64,000 nucleotides of DNA from Tubiluchus corallicola (taxonomy: Eukaryota; Animalia; Priapulida). Location of the stretch: contig JAQGDQ010000003.1 in assembly GCA_030141605.1 (NCBI GenBank), forward strand, positions 1,922,001 to 1,986,000. Reading direction: 5' to 3'. The position numbers and the translations under genes were made by a program. Every line of letters begins with the position of its first letter. Within the stretch, counting starts at the first letter, position 1. This document shows positions 62,101-64,000 of the stretch, in pieces. The notes under the pieces were generated by a model, which worked only from the letters and a program-made list of their open reading frames with translations, was not told where the DNA came from and searched no databases.

Positions 62101-63687
62101 AGTCTGTTTATTAATCATACACAACGCTGCTTAAATATCGTAACGATGGCCCACTCAGTCACTGTGAAAGTTTGATTTCAAAACAGGGCCAAACTCAACG
62201 CTGGAACAATCTGTATTGATGCGCGTATAAGTACTTGATGTAAGGCGCAGTTTAGTGGAAAAACGCAGGGATGGTTTTTTTCTCACCCTTCATGGACAAC
62301 TCAGTAAGACGTCGTTATAATAGAAATCGACTGTAAAATATGTTTATTTCTGCACAAAGTTGTTCTTTTTGTCCTCGCCTCTTGGGAATTTAGGAAAATC
62401 AATGAACTGGGTTCAGATAATTATCGTGGCAATTTAGTTTCTTCACTTGTGCTTTAACTGAAAACTTAATGGTTAACAATAGCCATAACAAATCTATAAC
62501 AGTACCGATGTCCAACATAACTGCGGCGTAAAGGTCACGTCAGCGCCCTTTTAAAAATAATTAGAAATTCTATTTTATTTCTGTTGCTCTTTTTTTAATA
62601 TCAGATTTAACTGTGCAGTTTTTCTTTAAGTACAACGTGCTCACTTAAGTTTCCAATCAACAACCGAAAGATCTCCAAACTTGTCTTTACGCAATAACAA
62701 AAGTTGAGAGATGTCAAAAATCAACTTGATTAGAAAGTAAATCTCTGATTTTTCTATAGTCATAGAGTAAAATCGTTATTGCATCAAGACAGTAAAAACT
62801 CTGAGAAATGGCAACTACGGCTCACGTTGTAAAGTTTACAACTAACCTTAAAAACGGTTTTATCATCAATTTTAAAATGATATGACGTAATCATTGCAGG
62901 GATTTGGCTACGCCAACAAGCTGAAGTTGAAACGCTTTTATTATTTTTTCAGAACTAGACGCTTTGTCGTAACGACATGAAAATAACGTTTTTTACAAAG
63001 CTTTTTTCAATTATAGCGGAGTTCTTTTTAAAGTACAGGGAGGCTAAGGATATAGGCCTATCATCTATTATTAAAACGAGTATGGCGCATTTCTTCATAC
63101 CGATGTTGGCAATTTGACAGAATAGCCATACCGTAAATGCATATTAGATAAGCATATCAATAAATAAACTCTAATGTGCCCTCAACATCGCTTTGATAAC
63201 GGGATCAGAGATTCTAAACTGTTAATGCAATGAAGCCATAAAATGTGCGCCTTGTGCTTAACGCCACAACTTTATTTCTGCAATTCATCGGTGTACCCTC
63301 AGTGTATATTTGGGGCCCTTAATCCTTTGTGTCACTCTGCAACACCTGCTTAGTGGTTTCTAATAAGTGCCAGTAATAAGAGCAAATGAACCTAATTTGC
63401 TTTTTAACGGTTCTATTAAATCCAGCTGATTACAGTCCTAGCTTCGGGCAGTTTTTAGTTTTAACGTTTCGACAGACCCAATAGTTAAGCCTGGCGATCC
63501 TCAAGATGAACTTAATACATCATTTCATTCAGTAAATTGCAAGCTACAAATGAACACGGCATGTCCTAATTCTGAACGATCAAAACAGAAATGGATTGAT
63601 CATTGAAATGTATCCCTCATTACCTCAGGAAGAGGAGGTGGGAATAGAGAGGGAATGAGAAATAAATGGAAAGCGAAGTGATGGAGA

Positions 63688-63882
63688 AAGAGATAGATAG
63701 ATAGATGGATGGATGGATGGATGGATGGATGGATGGATGGATGGATGGATGGATGGATGGATGGATGGATGGATGGATGGATGGATGGATGGATTGACGG
63801 ACGGACAGACGGACGGACGGACGGACCGACCGACCGACCGACAGACAGACAGACAGAGAGAGAGAGAGAGAGAGGGGGAGAG
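63688..63882. repeat. Compound tetranucleotide microsatellite
   Basis: GATA, GATG, GACG, GACC, GACA and GA blocks in succession. Confidence 0.95.
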
Positions 63883-64000
63883 AAAACAAAAATGAACATA
63901 CATTATATTTATTTTAACTCCAATAGTGTGCTTGCTGACGCAAACATCAGTAATCAAAGCATTATTACTGTACCATATTCACCATGTAAGTCACATGATA

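Noticed and set aside
63600-63957. Overlapping PSIH/DGWM ORFs
   Set aside because: Translations of the tetranucleotide microsatellite.

Overview
AT-rich, intron-containing animal (probably invertebrate) genomic DNA. It is not prokaryotic, and most ORFs in the supplied track are noise, repeats or single exons. All exons were read by hand from GT-AG junctions and phase continuity; no database searches were run. Five genes are supported: (1) the last five exons of a FAM184A/B-like coiled-coil gene (+, 240-6296); (2) an intronless class A peptide GPCR (+, 7016-8119); (3) a complete 18-exon meiotic kleisin REC8 (-, 27145-9514, 731 aa); (4) a 5-exon, 244-aa secreted, probably GPI-anchored protein with two tandem Cys-rich repeats (+, 32808-42875); (5) the three C2B-encoding exons of a synaptotagmin-like gene (-, 57104-44750), whose 5' part was not found here. 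Introns hold MITEs, LINE and Penelope-like fragments, Helentron-like repeats and microsatellites. The most unusual structures are a LINE bracketed by inverted copies of its own 3' end, a perfect 27-bp inverted repeat around the last REC8 exon, a tyrosine-recombinase-like remnant that appears spliced upstream of REC8, and candidate alternative terminal exons in FAM184. No clearly new multi-gene system is evident.
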